Assembly: GCA_016748015.1 (NCBI GenBank)
Contig: JAAOMT010000772.1
Location: 422,386-486,385 of the forward strand
DNA length: 64,000 nucleotides
Direction of reading: 5' to 3'
Source of the DNA: Geosiphon pyriformis uo1
Lineage: Eukaryota > Fungi > Glomeromycota
Position numbers and translations under genes: made by a program. Numbering within the stretch: position 1 is the first letter of the stretch; each line of letters opens with the position of its first letter. This document shows, one piece after another, positions 53,938 to 64,000 of the stretch. Below the pieces are notes generated by a model. The model ran no database searches. It was not told the DNA's origin and was given only the letters and a program-made list of their open reading frames with translations.

Positions 53938-54684
53938 ATGGCCGCAAAAAAGACAAAAAAGACCTCTGAATCAATTAATTCGCGGTTGGCGCTTGTTATG
54001 AAGAGTGGCAAATATATGCTTGGCTATAAGTCTACTTTGAAGACACTGCGCCAAGGAAAGGGTTAGTAATTTTTCTTTGAGACTGGGTAAAAGAATCATA
54101 GGAAATTTTTCTATCGATATAACATTCTCGGGTTTCAAAGGGACAGGAGCCACCTCTTTATCTTTGTTTGTTTGTGTTTATGCTTTTTTAGTGGTGAAGA
54201 TAGTCCTGAGAAAACCGAGAAAAAGCTTTTATTTTAATTCTTATTTTCATAATATATGCGCATCTCGTTGGGAATGCACCACCCTTTTCTTTCTACGAAC
54301 CATGATTATTTTAGCAAAATTGATCATCATTTCTGGTAATTGCCCTCCATTACGAAAACATGAGCTCGAATACTATGCCATGTTATCAAAAACAACCGTG
54401 CATCATTATTCTGGAAGTGAGTAGTAATAATAAATACTACATATCTGAACTTGGAATTTATGTATTATGAATTCTTGACTCACCCATTAGTATCAATTTA
54501 ATAGACAATATCGATCTTGGCACAGCATGTGGCAAGTACTTCCGCGTCGGTGTGTTGAGTATCACTGATCCAGGTGCTAATCAAATTTTACTTTTTATAT
54601 TTATGAAATTTACCTTAAGCTCTGAATTAAATTAAATCTTTTGAAATAGGTGACTCCGATATATTGTCATCATCTGCCCAATAA
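53938..54684 (+). CDS. RPL30: 60S ribosomal protein eL30 (4 exons)
   Basis: [76 protein letters not shown]. Confidence 0.98.
54125..54221 (+). promoter_or_regulatory. Kink-turn hairpin in RPL30 intron 1, candidate eL30 autoregulatory element
   Basis: GGAC-A-GGA-GCCAC (54141-54153) pairs with GTGGT-GAA-GAT-A-GTCC (54191-54206): a C helix, a 3-nt bulge and tandem G.A/A.G pairs. The outer stem is TTCTCGG/CCGAGAA. Confidence 0.65.
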
Positions 54685-54929
54685 AAAAAAGCAATTTTCC
54701 AGTTTATCTAGCGATCTCATCTGGTTGTCTATGGTTAAGTATTTTTGTTTACTACTAGCTATACTTTCTTCATCAAGTCTAATGTTTAGCGCTTTAATCA
54801 TAGCTACACCTTTGTGAAAATATTACTCAAAAAAAAAACTATCCCTTGGGTGTTGAGGAAATCACATAATAAATTAATATAAATTTTTTATGTTAGAAAT
54901 TTTCAGATGAACCTCTATGTTAATATACA

Positions 54930-57098
54930 CTAGTAATTTAACCAAAACTCTAATGGGAACAGTTCTCGCATAATGTGCCAATGCTCAAAAGCATCCAACC
55001 GCTGTAGCTTATTTAAAGGATTCTCATGATCAGTGATTAAACCAGTGACGTTGGAAAGACGGGTCAGATCAACGGGCCATTTCTCAAAATTTTCGAGCAT
55101 ATATTGACGTACTCCACTCTCAAACGTATCATTACTCGTTACTGGACGAAAACGGATCGGTTTGGTTGAAGCAAAGAATACCTTTTCATGAATAATGGAT
55201 TTTTAAAATTTATTAATAAAAGCAAGGGTTATAAAATCATTTTTACGGCTCAAAAAGAAAAAAGCTTCTTACCATGTTTTCAAATGCGTCCAAAGATTCG
55301 CTACTACCCTCGCGATAACAATTTATATATGGAAAAACTGCCTTTATGGTATTATAAACCAACGCTAAACTTTCAGCATGTGGCCATTTCTGCGTCCCCA
55401 CATAATTCTAAATTTTAAATGGGAAAATAAATCAATAAGAATCGAAAAAAAACATAGAAAATAAAAAAGATTACCAAAGCAAGAACGCCATCATTTTTTA
55501 GTATTCGCCGAATTTCAATCAAAGCTTCAATAGAAAATAAAGTTGATGGAACAGATCCACCGGTGAATACATCATGCAATACGTAATCATATTGATTAGA
55601 TGAGGCTTCATTTATGAATCGACGACCATCTTGAATGTGTGGCTTGCTTAATGGTACAAGCCGAAAGTAATCAACGGCGTATGCATACACAACCGGATCA
55701 ATTTCTACTATATCAACATAAACTTGGCTTGCTTGAAGTGAAGAAACTGACACACCTATTCCTAGGCCGCTGAAAATTTCACAGAATATGTTAGGAACAT
55801 TCTGGAATTTTAAAAAAATACTGAAATTTTAAACTTATAGCATACATTTGAAGAGCTCGCTCTTGTCCTGAACGTGTTCGCCCTTCAACTAGACGGACGG
55901 CTTTATACAAAGAATTCAAACGTTCTTGGTAAATCAATATTGCAACTAATGAAAAAATACTCTGAGAATATTTACCTTCCATGAAATAAAAAGATCCAAA
56001 AACTGAATCCCAAGTGTTTCTATAGACACCACCTATTAAAGAATGCCCTGCGCGCATAACGCGTATGTCACGTGTAGATTCCTCCACAATATCTATCCAA
56101 CCAGTAACCGATTCATTGCGAGCAAGTATAATATAATTTGACTCCTTATCAGCTGCATTCACTTCTTCCAATCTTGAAGAATTACATTGTGGATTAAAAT
56201 TAGCATTATAAAGCGCCAATAATACAATTATAATTTGTGGTATCATGCTGACATATGACATCCCTGGGGTAGTATTTTTGACATTTTTGGGCTTTGTTTC
56301 AGTTTTGCGACGTCTTTGGATTGAATCCTCCAATAAAGTTATTTCGCCATAAATTCGAAAAAGAGCTTTGAACAATCCTCCAATCAATGCCAATAAAAGT
56401 CCAGCAGTGTAAAGTCGTTGACAAGTGCGTCCTATTGCCACTACTTTATACAAGACATTCGTGAGTGAGACAATCACTACCCAATGCATTACTACATACA
56501 CCACCCATCTAAGCAACTTCACGTTCCTTTCTTTTAACCGGCGTGCGCAAACTATGGTATTAATAAGACCGAGAAGGAAGAGTATCGGGTATGCCAACCA
56601 CAATTGGGTAAAATGAGGTCCATATTTTGGGCCCAATAATCCACTTTGTGTAAATAATAGCTTAACTGATAAAGGTCCCAACGCTAATAATATTCCACCC
56701 CAATCAAGACCATTCATTATCAAGGTGCTCAAATAGGTATCTTTTTGTTTGTCGTTTTCCTGGGGTTGAAGTCTGGGTACGAGCCAGAAGCCTAAACTAA
56801 TTCCAAATAAGATTGATGCTAGAGCCGCTTCGTGGAAATATAAGGAAGAAAAAACATTTCCATAGAGTGGTTCAAGAAATTGTGGTGCAACCTGAAGAGT
56901 AGTTGACGCGAGAACTGGAGTAATGAGCAACAAAGTTGCTCTGGGTAAGGTCCATAATTGAGTCACAGAAGCGATATGGTCTTCAGTATTGGGAACTGGT
57001 GTTTTTCTTTGCAAAAAGTTTGGGGGGATAGAAGGGGAAGAGGCGCTAGGAGAGGTAGCTGATCCTTCTTGTTTCTCGTTTCGTCGACGCCGTGACAT
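54930..57098 (-). CDS. Multi-pass membrane protein with a C-terminal spermidine-synthase-like SAM-dependent methyltransferase domain (multi-exon)
   Basis: Several hydrophobic helices, then ESVTGWIDIVE, RVMRAGHSLIGG, LQIGLGIG, DIVEIDPVV, YDYVLHDVFTGG, ITDHENPL and HWHIMRELFP. Confidence 0.85.
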
Positions 57099-57283
57099 TT
57101 TTATCTGGAAATTTAACAGTAGCAAAATCAATTTTCAATTACCCGCTCTACCACCAATCATCGATGACCAGTCCCGAAATTTGTTTGTGATAACCTGCCG
57201 CAGCTAGTTATACCAAATTATGAAATCGGACAATTTCGCGCTTCCCTTTCACGTTTTCAAGTTTGATTTCTTCTTTTTATAAA

Positions 57284-59037
57284 ATGGCAAATACTTCAGA
57301 ACCAAAAAAGATATTAGAACCTCAAAGCTCCAACCAACTCATTAGTGATTCGGACCTTGAGGAGTTTAGAAGAGAATGGAGGGCTGAAGTGAAATCGAAA
57401 AAAAACACTGAGAAATCTATTTCAGAAAATGACCCATTTATTACCCAAGGCTCTAAGCATTTTGAGGGACAACCTTTAGAACATATAGAAGAGACAAAAG
57501 AAGTTGATGCTCGGTGGGAACCAGGAAAACGTGCTCAACCCAATAACCCACTTGATATTTATGTCCAAGCAATTATCTTAGAACGGGAGGGAAATTTGAG
57601 TGAAGGTTATTAGGATCAACTATCTTTACATTCTGTCAGCCGTTTTCCTTGCCATCCAAATATAATTTTCTCACGATGCTTTCAACCTTCCAGCTCTGAT
57701 TCAATATCAGCAGGCTTTCAAGCTTGATCGCCACATAGATAATACTTATAGAAAGTATTATGATAAGGCTGTAAGAGAATCAGTTTCTGACGAAGGTTCT
57801 TCCTCTTCCGAATTTTCGAAACATTTTGAGAAAGAACTTGAACCGGGTCAAACTACTTTGCCACAAAAACATGAAATGCCTGAAACGTCTAAAGATGACC
57901 CGATCCTCATTTTAATTGAATCATTACGCAGCAAACACCTTGAATATGAGCCTTTAAAACCAATTAAAGGGATACCAATTGCCAAACTGCCTAATGAACT
58001 GGTCCTTTGCATTCTTAAGCAATTAATCATTTTAGACATCTCATCAGTTGCAAAATTTTCTTTGGTTTGTAAAAAGTTTTTATTGCTGTCTCGTGAAAAC
58101 AGTCTTTGGCGATATATATGTGAGCATGCGTATCGCATAAGAAACGTGGAGCAATCAGTATCCAACTCAATGTTAGAAACCGTGGTTAAGGAATATGATA
58201 ATGAGTGGCGTAGGATGCTTATAGATAGGCAAGTTCTATGGGTGAAATCTTTCTTTTTGTATATAAAAAATTTAAGATGGGTAACGCGAATTTTGTTTTT
58301 TAGGCCCAGGCTTCGGTTTGATGGTGTCTACATCTCAATTTGTCATTACCTGAGGTAATCAATATATAACTTCATTTCTTAACTATAATGAATTACATAT
58401 TCTCGTACAAAAGAAAAATTTTTTGCACTTTACTATGAAATCTATAGGCCTGGCTCCGCAGAAAACGTATGGAATCAACCTATTCATTTGGTTACCTATT
58501 ATCGTTATATCAGATTTTATCCGGATGGCACTTGTATTAAATTGCTGAGTAGTGTTGAGCCAAAGATCATTGTAAAAGCCTTTGGATTTGAATACAAATC
58601 CAAAGATCTCTTAGTTGGTATCTGGAATCTGGATGAGAATAGTCAAGTCAGCGTAACCTTGAAAGAGCGAAATTTGATGAAAATTACTCGTCATCTCAAA
58701 TTAACATTGAAATCTATAGAGCGGGGAAAACATAATAAGCTTAGTTGGATCGGTAAGCTCCATTTTAAATTTTTTCCAAGTTTTTTTTTCTATCTTAAAC
58801 ATTCTAAGAAAATCGATCTTAGAGTATTATGGGGTCAATAATTTCACCAGAGAAGAATTTTTATTCAATTTGAAGAACGAGAAGAATTTTATATTTAGCA
58901 AAGTAAGTTGGACAGATTTTTATACTCGCATAATTAAAAAATTCTAAATTTTTTTTGATCTTTATTGTTATAATTTAAAGGTTAAAAGCTATGGACCAGG
59001 ATGGTTTCTAAATGAACCACTTGAGTTTCATAATTGA
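57284..59037 (+). CDS. F-box protein, FBXO9/Hrt3/Pof7 family (multi-exon)
   Basis: LEEFRREW; F-box IAKLPNELVLCIL..LVCKKF..LWR; RPRLRFDGVYISICHYLRPG..PIHLVTYYRYIRFYPDG. Confidence 0.9.
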
Positions 59038-59577
59038 TGATTACTTTATTTAAACAAACTAAATTGAAATATGAAAATAAATTATTTAAAGCTTACTGTA
59101 AGCAACGCCAAGACGTGACCTAGTTCAATCACCGTTCCATCAAATAGATCGTAGAGCGGTAAATCGGGAACTCCGATCCAGATTGAAACTTTTCAATTAT
59201 CAAAGATAAATCTCGATTAATCAACATGAATTTGTGTAAAATACATTTTTGTGAGCCTGTGGAAAACAATAAAAACTTTAACGTAGTAGGACAGTTCTTC
59301 AAGTAAAATAATATTTTCATCAATCAAAACTGAGCTAAAACGTCGCGTGTAATAGGCGTTGAATCAACTTTCATCACATGATCATCAGTGAAAGTTCCTC
59401 TTACATAAAACAAGTGTCTTCCGCTGAAGTAAAATTCTGTAGGTTAATAATTCGTCAATATATATTGTTAATCAGTGATCATTCCCACTTGAAAATTCCA
59501 ACAATTTTGGCAAAATCACTTTATTATCGGGAAGTTGTTCAATCAAAGGGCCCGGCGTCAAAGCGAATTAGATAAGA

Positions 59578-62500
59578 ATGAATGACCTGATTCCTCTTGT
59601 GAATAAACTCCAAGATGTGTTTAACACAATTGGTAGTGATACTGTAGATTTACCACAAATTATAGTCGTTGGCTCCCAGTCGTCTGGCAAATCCTCAGTA
59701 CTTGAGAACATTGTAAAGCGTGACTTTTTGCCAAGAGGTAACGGGATCGTTACCAGACGGCCCTTGGTACTTCAGCTTGTGAACATACATGGTACTGAGG
59801 ATGGGGAGGAACAAGAATATGGAGAGTTTTTGCATGCCCCTAACCAGAAATTTGTCGATTTCGACGAGATCAGAAAAGAAATTGAGGCCGAGACAGGGAG
59901 AGTAGCTGGGCAGAATAAGGGGATCTCAAGATCGCCTATCCACCTGAAAATCTTCTCGCCAAATGTTCTCAACTTGACTTTAGTAGATTTACCCGGCCTT
60001 ACCAAGGCATGCTTGTAGAATTCAATTTTGTATAGCTAAGAGTTGTTTTATGAGTAGTTCATATAATTATACGTGCATCAACCTCTCCAATGATTTGTCG
60101 TCTACTTTGGACTTTTGCGATAATCTATAGATTCCTGTTGGTAAATATCTTCAAATTTGTGGTCTTCGTTTTTAGAATATATTTTTCAGAGTATTAATTC
60201 ATAAAAGTATTTTAGGGGACCAGCCGACAGATATCGAAAAACAAACAAGAAATCTAATTCTGGATTATATATCAAAACCAAATAGGTTCAACACTTTGAT
60301 CTCTTTTTTTCATGAGCATTTCAACCAATGGCGGGTCCTTGGCGAGAATTAATGCTAATATTGATAATATGGCTCCATTTTTCAGTATTATTTTAGCCGT
60401 CAGTCCGGCCAATGTGGATCTTGTTAATTCAGAAAGTTTAAAGTTGGCAAAACAAGTTGATTATGAAGGTTTTTTATTAGATCCACATGTTTTCGATTGT
60501 TTTCTATTAATACTAAAAATTATTGTTTCCTCGTTCTTCTTGTGCTAGGTCGACGCACAATTGGCGTGTTAACTAAACTTGATCTTATGGATGCTGGTAC
60601 AAATGCATTAGAAATACTTACAGGTCGCGTGTTGCCGTTAAAACTAGGATTTATTGGAGTAGTTAATCGCAGTCAGCAAGATATTGTCGTCAATAAACCC
60701 ATGTCAGAGGCTTTAAAATCCGAGACGGACTTTTTTAGGAATCATCCAGCTTATAAAAGCATTGCAGCTCGATGCGGTACACCATTTTTGTCCAAGTCCC
60801 TAAATAATGTAAGTTTTCTAGACTAATATGAATTATTATTTTGAGGCAGTTTAGAAGTTGTGGAATTATGAAGGTATAATTGGAGGATAAATTTTAGATT
60901 CAACTGTGACAACTTTGAGATAAAACTAATTTTGATTCTTATGTCTGTTCAAAGATATTAATGAATCACATTCGTGAGAGATTGCCCGATATGAAAACTC
61001 GAATAAACACTCTCATCGGTCAAACCCAGCAAGAATTAGCAGCCTACGGAGATCCTGCTATCACTGGCAAAGGACAAAGGGTGAGTGTATCAATCTTCAA
61101 GAAATTTTGAGTCAATTCTTGCCTGTTTATCAACCTCGATTTATGAATTTCAGGGAGCACTCGTCTTAAAATTATTGACCAAGTTTGCCAATGATTTTAC
61201 GTCATCAATTGACGGCACTTACCGTGAGATATCAACAAAGGAATTGTAAGACCGTCTTCGCTTATGCTTTTCTTTATCATTTATTTCTCTAATATTTGGA
61301 TGAGCTTTTCTAGATGTGGTGGAGCACGGATTTACTACATATTCAATAATGTCTTTGGGGCTGCATTAGATTCTATTAATCCTTGTGGGAATCTATCGGT
61401 ACAAGATATTCGAATAGCAATTCGAAATTCAACGGGACCCAGGCCATCCTTATTTGTCCCCGAAATCGCATTTGATCTACTGGTAAAACCTCAAATTCAA
61501 CTACTGGAACCCCCTAGTTTACGGTGTGTTGAATTAGTGTACGAAGAGTTGATGAAAATTTGCCATAGTTGCGGAAGTAAAGTAAGAGAATGAATTTTGA
61601 CTGCGTTAATATCAACCATCACGCCAGAATCTTGTATTCTTACACTTTCCCTAATAACAGGAACTGAATCAATTCCCTCGTTTACATTCTAAACTTCTCG
61701 AAGTTGTCTCGGACTTGTTGCGTGAACGATTGTTACCTACATCTGAATACGTTGAAAGCTTGATTAGTATTCAACGTGCCTACATTAACACTAACCACCC
61801 AGACTTTATTGGTGGTGGAGGTGCGATATCAGATCTTGTAAAAAAGAACGAAAGGCGACGAAAAGAGTTTGACAAAGTCAATAAAAAGGTAAAAGAAGCC
61901 TTCTTAAAGAGTTATATTGATTCATCTTTATTGCTAATTAAATAAATCCCAAAATTAGGGAATTGTTATGGGTGGTAATAGTTCTTTCCATGCCCCAGTA
62001 ACAAATGGATCAATCATTGGATCTAAGGAAGATCCTGATGTATTAACAATATCCGACGGCTTTAAAGAACCATCATCAGTCAAGGATTTTTCTCTACAAA
62101 ATAGTACTAATATTCCAGCTACAAACACGGCAGGTTGGGCGCAACGTGAAGGGTTCCTCACATACTTTTTTGGTAGTGGAAACAAAGCAGATAGAACTGC
62201 GCTACCTGATCAACAAACTAATCGTGGAGGCAGCTCAAATAAATTAGGAATCGACAGTAGTGAAATAGATAAGAAGTTGGATATGGTAAGTAAATCTAGG
62301 TTTAAATAGTAAGCCTTTCTCATTCTTTTAAGTGCTAATGCGATCTGGCTTTTTTGCCTTAGTTAAGTTTTGAAGAATCTTACAATCTCACCGAGCAAGA
62401 AGAAATGGAAACTCAATTGATTCGTAAATAATATTTTATTTACCAACCTCCTTTTCTCGATTAAAATAATAATTTCGTTTTTTCTTTATTTAATAACAGG

Positions 62501-62753
62501 TTCCCTAATCACTTCTTATTTCAACCTTGTTCGCAAAACTATCCAAGACATTGTACCAAAAGCGATTATGCACCTATTGGTTAATTTCTCTCGTGAGTCA
62601 GTACAAAACCGTCTTGTTGCAGAGCTATATAAGGAAGAATTTTTCGGAGACCTGTTGCAAGAGGATGAAAATTTAGCGAGCGAGCGGCAAAAGTGTAAGA
62701 CGATGTTAGATGTCTATAAAAAAGCGTTTGAGATTATCAATGAAGCAATGTGA
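59578..62753 (+). CDS. DNM1: Dynamin-related GTPase Dnm1/Drp1 (multi-exon)
   Basis: [54 protein letters not shown], and [21 protein letters not shown]. The last two motifs favour Dnm1 over Vps1. Confidence 0.93.
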
Positions 62754-63497
62754 GGAATTTAGTATGACAGTCAGGATGGTTCTCGAAGTACAAGGTCTGA
62801 ACACCATTCATATTATTAAGCTCATCTGGGCTCCAGCTTTTGTATAATGAATTAGCGTTTTCCTCTACGTTTTGCTTGAAGTTCATTATTATTTTTTTTT
62901 AATTAAATCTTTGTACAAGTTGTATAAAATAAACTTCTCAGGTAAAATATATTTTGTAATCATGAAGAGTATCAAACTAAACGATTTCTAACATGGTCTA
63001 AATTTTCTTTTCAATTTCAAAAGGTTTTCCAAAGATCACGTGTAAATATCATTTTCCCATGGTCAAAATGTACATTACGTTATAAATTGATAAAACATGC
63101 AGGATTTTGATCCATGGGCTTTCAAAGGGAAATTACAAGCTTTTACTTAACATCAAAAACGAGTTCACAGAACAAAAGCAATATAAAAAAAGAAGATACC
63201 AAGGGGGAGAAGTAAAAGAACAAAGTGGAGGGAAAGATAACTCCTGCTCGTTATTTAAGGATATCAGCCCCATATGCTGAGGAGCAAGAGGACGACTCTA
63301 AAAAATGCGACCAAAGATCATGAGTCTTTCTTCTCTTGAGGAAAAGAGATGAAATAACGGGTCCACAGGTTCATTTTCCTTCGCAACTTGAAAAGTGAGC
63401 GAGAGAGCTAGAAATTATAAAAAAGGACAATTGGTTTTTTTGATGTCGACAGCCCTTAAAAATCAACCAGCAAGAAATTAAGAATCAAACAAAAAGA

Positions 63498-64000
63498 CGG
63501 ATGGATTGTAATATATCAATAATAGATGATGCTACTATTTCCTTCATGATCTCCAGAGAGAATCAAGGCTCCATCAAGCAATGCCCGGAGAAAAATTCCC
63601 CGAGCGCCATTTTGGATCCGATGTTTGGGATGTTTCCACACCAACTGCATATAGGCTTCATTTTGGATAATAGCAGGAACTCCTAATTCCTCTGCTTTGG
63701 CTATTAAACGTTGTTGAAATCGATAATGTGCCCAGCCAAGCATCTTTTGACCTGTTTTTTTGTAATTTTCATGTTTTTTGGTTCATTGTATTTGATACCT
63801 CAAAAGGAAGAATAATAATAATAATATCAAATTCATGAGTAAAAAAAGCAATAGTCTTTTTGTGAATCTCATTTTGCAAGTGTTTAATTTTTTGTTATTG
63901 TTTTATCAAGCTTTTAGTCTTTTTCTTTTTGCGTTTAAAAGTTGATTGTATCAAATTGTTTTTTTGTGATATTAAATTGTTTATGTAAATGCAAATATGA
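63498..64000 (-). mobile_element. Fanzor/TnpB (IS607/Fanzor2-like) remnant, copy D, running off the window edge
   Basis: IKHLQNEIHKKTIAFFTHEFDIIIIILPFEVS / MLGWAHYRFQQRLIAKAEELGVPAIIQNEAY / CSWCGNI / NGARGIFLRALLDGALIL, followed by ggaaatagtag..ctattattgatatattacaatccatccg. Confidence 0.9.

Noticed and set aside
17356-62185. Antisense ORFs overlapping real genes (e.g. 17356-17592, 19835-20189, 30505-30730, 37650-37856, 53123-53449, 59772-60005)
   Set aside because: They are shadow frames of well-supported genes on the opposite strand.
21700-64000. An intact, active Fanzor gene or IS607 TnpA recombinase within the window
   Set aside because: All copies carry stops, frameshifts or deletions (RuvC-I is D>Y in copy B). 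I found no serine-recombinase motifs next to them by eye.

Overview
AT-rich, intron-rich fungal DNA. A Glomeromycotina/Mucoromycota origin is inferred from gene style, not proven. The window has two parts. Positions 1 to ~16.9 kb are gene-poor and microsatellite-laden, with one Sel1-repeat ORF, a probable non-LTR retrotransposon 3' fragment and a 38-N gap. Positions ~17-62.8 kb are compact and hold conserved genes: WTAP/Mum2, a KY/Cyk3-type transglutaminase-like protein, ARL8, NOP16, TMEM97/EXPERA, a DUF262 protein, NSA2, PRP40, mL50, a septin, a sugar-phosphate nucleotidyltransferase, DAD4, ALG7, POP4, an RNF4/Slx8-like RING protein, ARP2, RPL30, a membrane spermidine-synthase-like methyltransferase, FBXO9/Hrt3 and DNM1. 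Many of these sit head-to-head across <220 bp. Three signals stand out. (1) Four decayed copies of one Fanzor (eukaryotic TnpB, IS607/Fanzor2-like) RNA-guided nuclease element lie at ~21.7-22.3 kb, ~25.9-26.7 kb, ~26.8-26.9 kb and 63.5 kb to the window end. They share a conserved, base-paired 3' region that is a candidate omega/fRNA scaffold, and together they cover RuvC-I, RuvC-II, the zinc finger and RuvC-III. (2) A kink-turn closely matching the yeast eL30 autoregulatory element lies inside intron 1 of RPL30. (3) An intron-containing fungal DUF262 (GmrSD/SspE-family) gene is present. Gene models were traced by eye, so exon boundaries are approximate.
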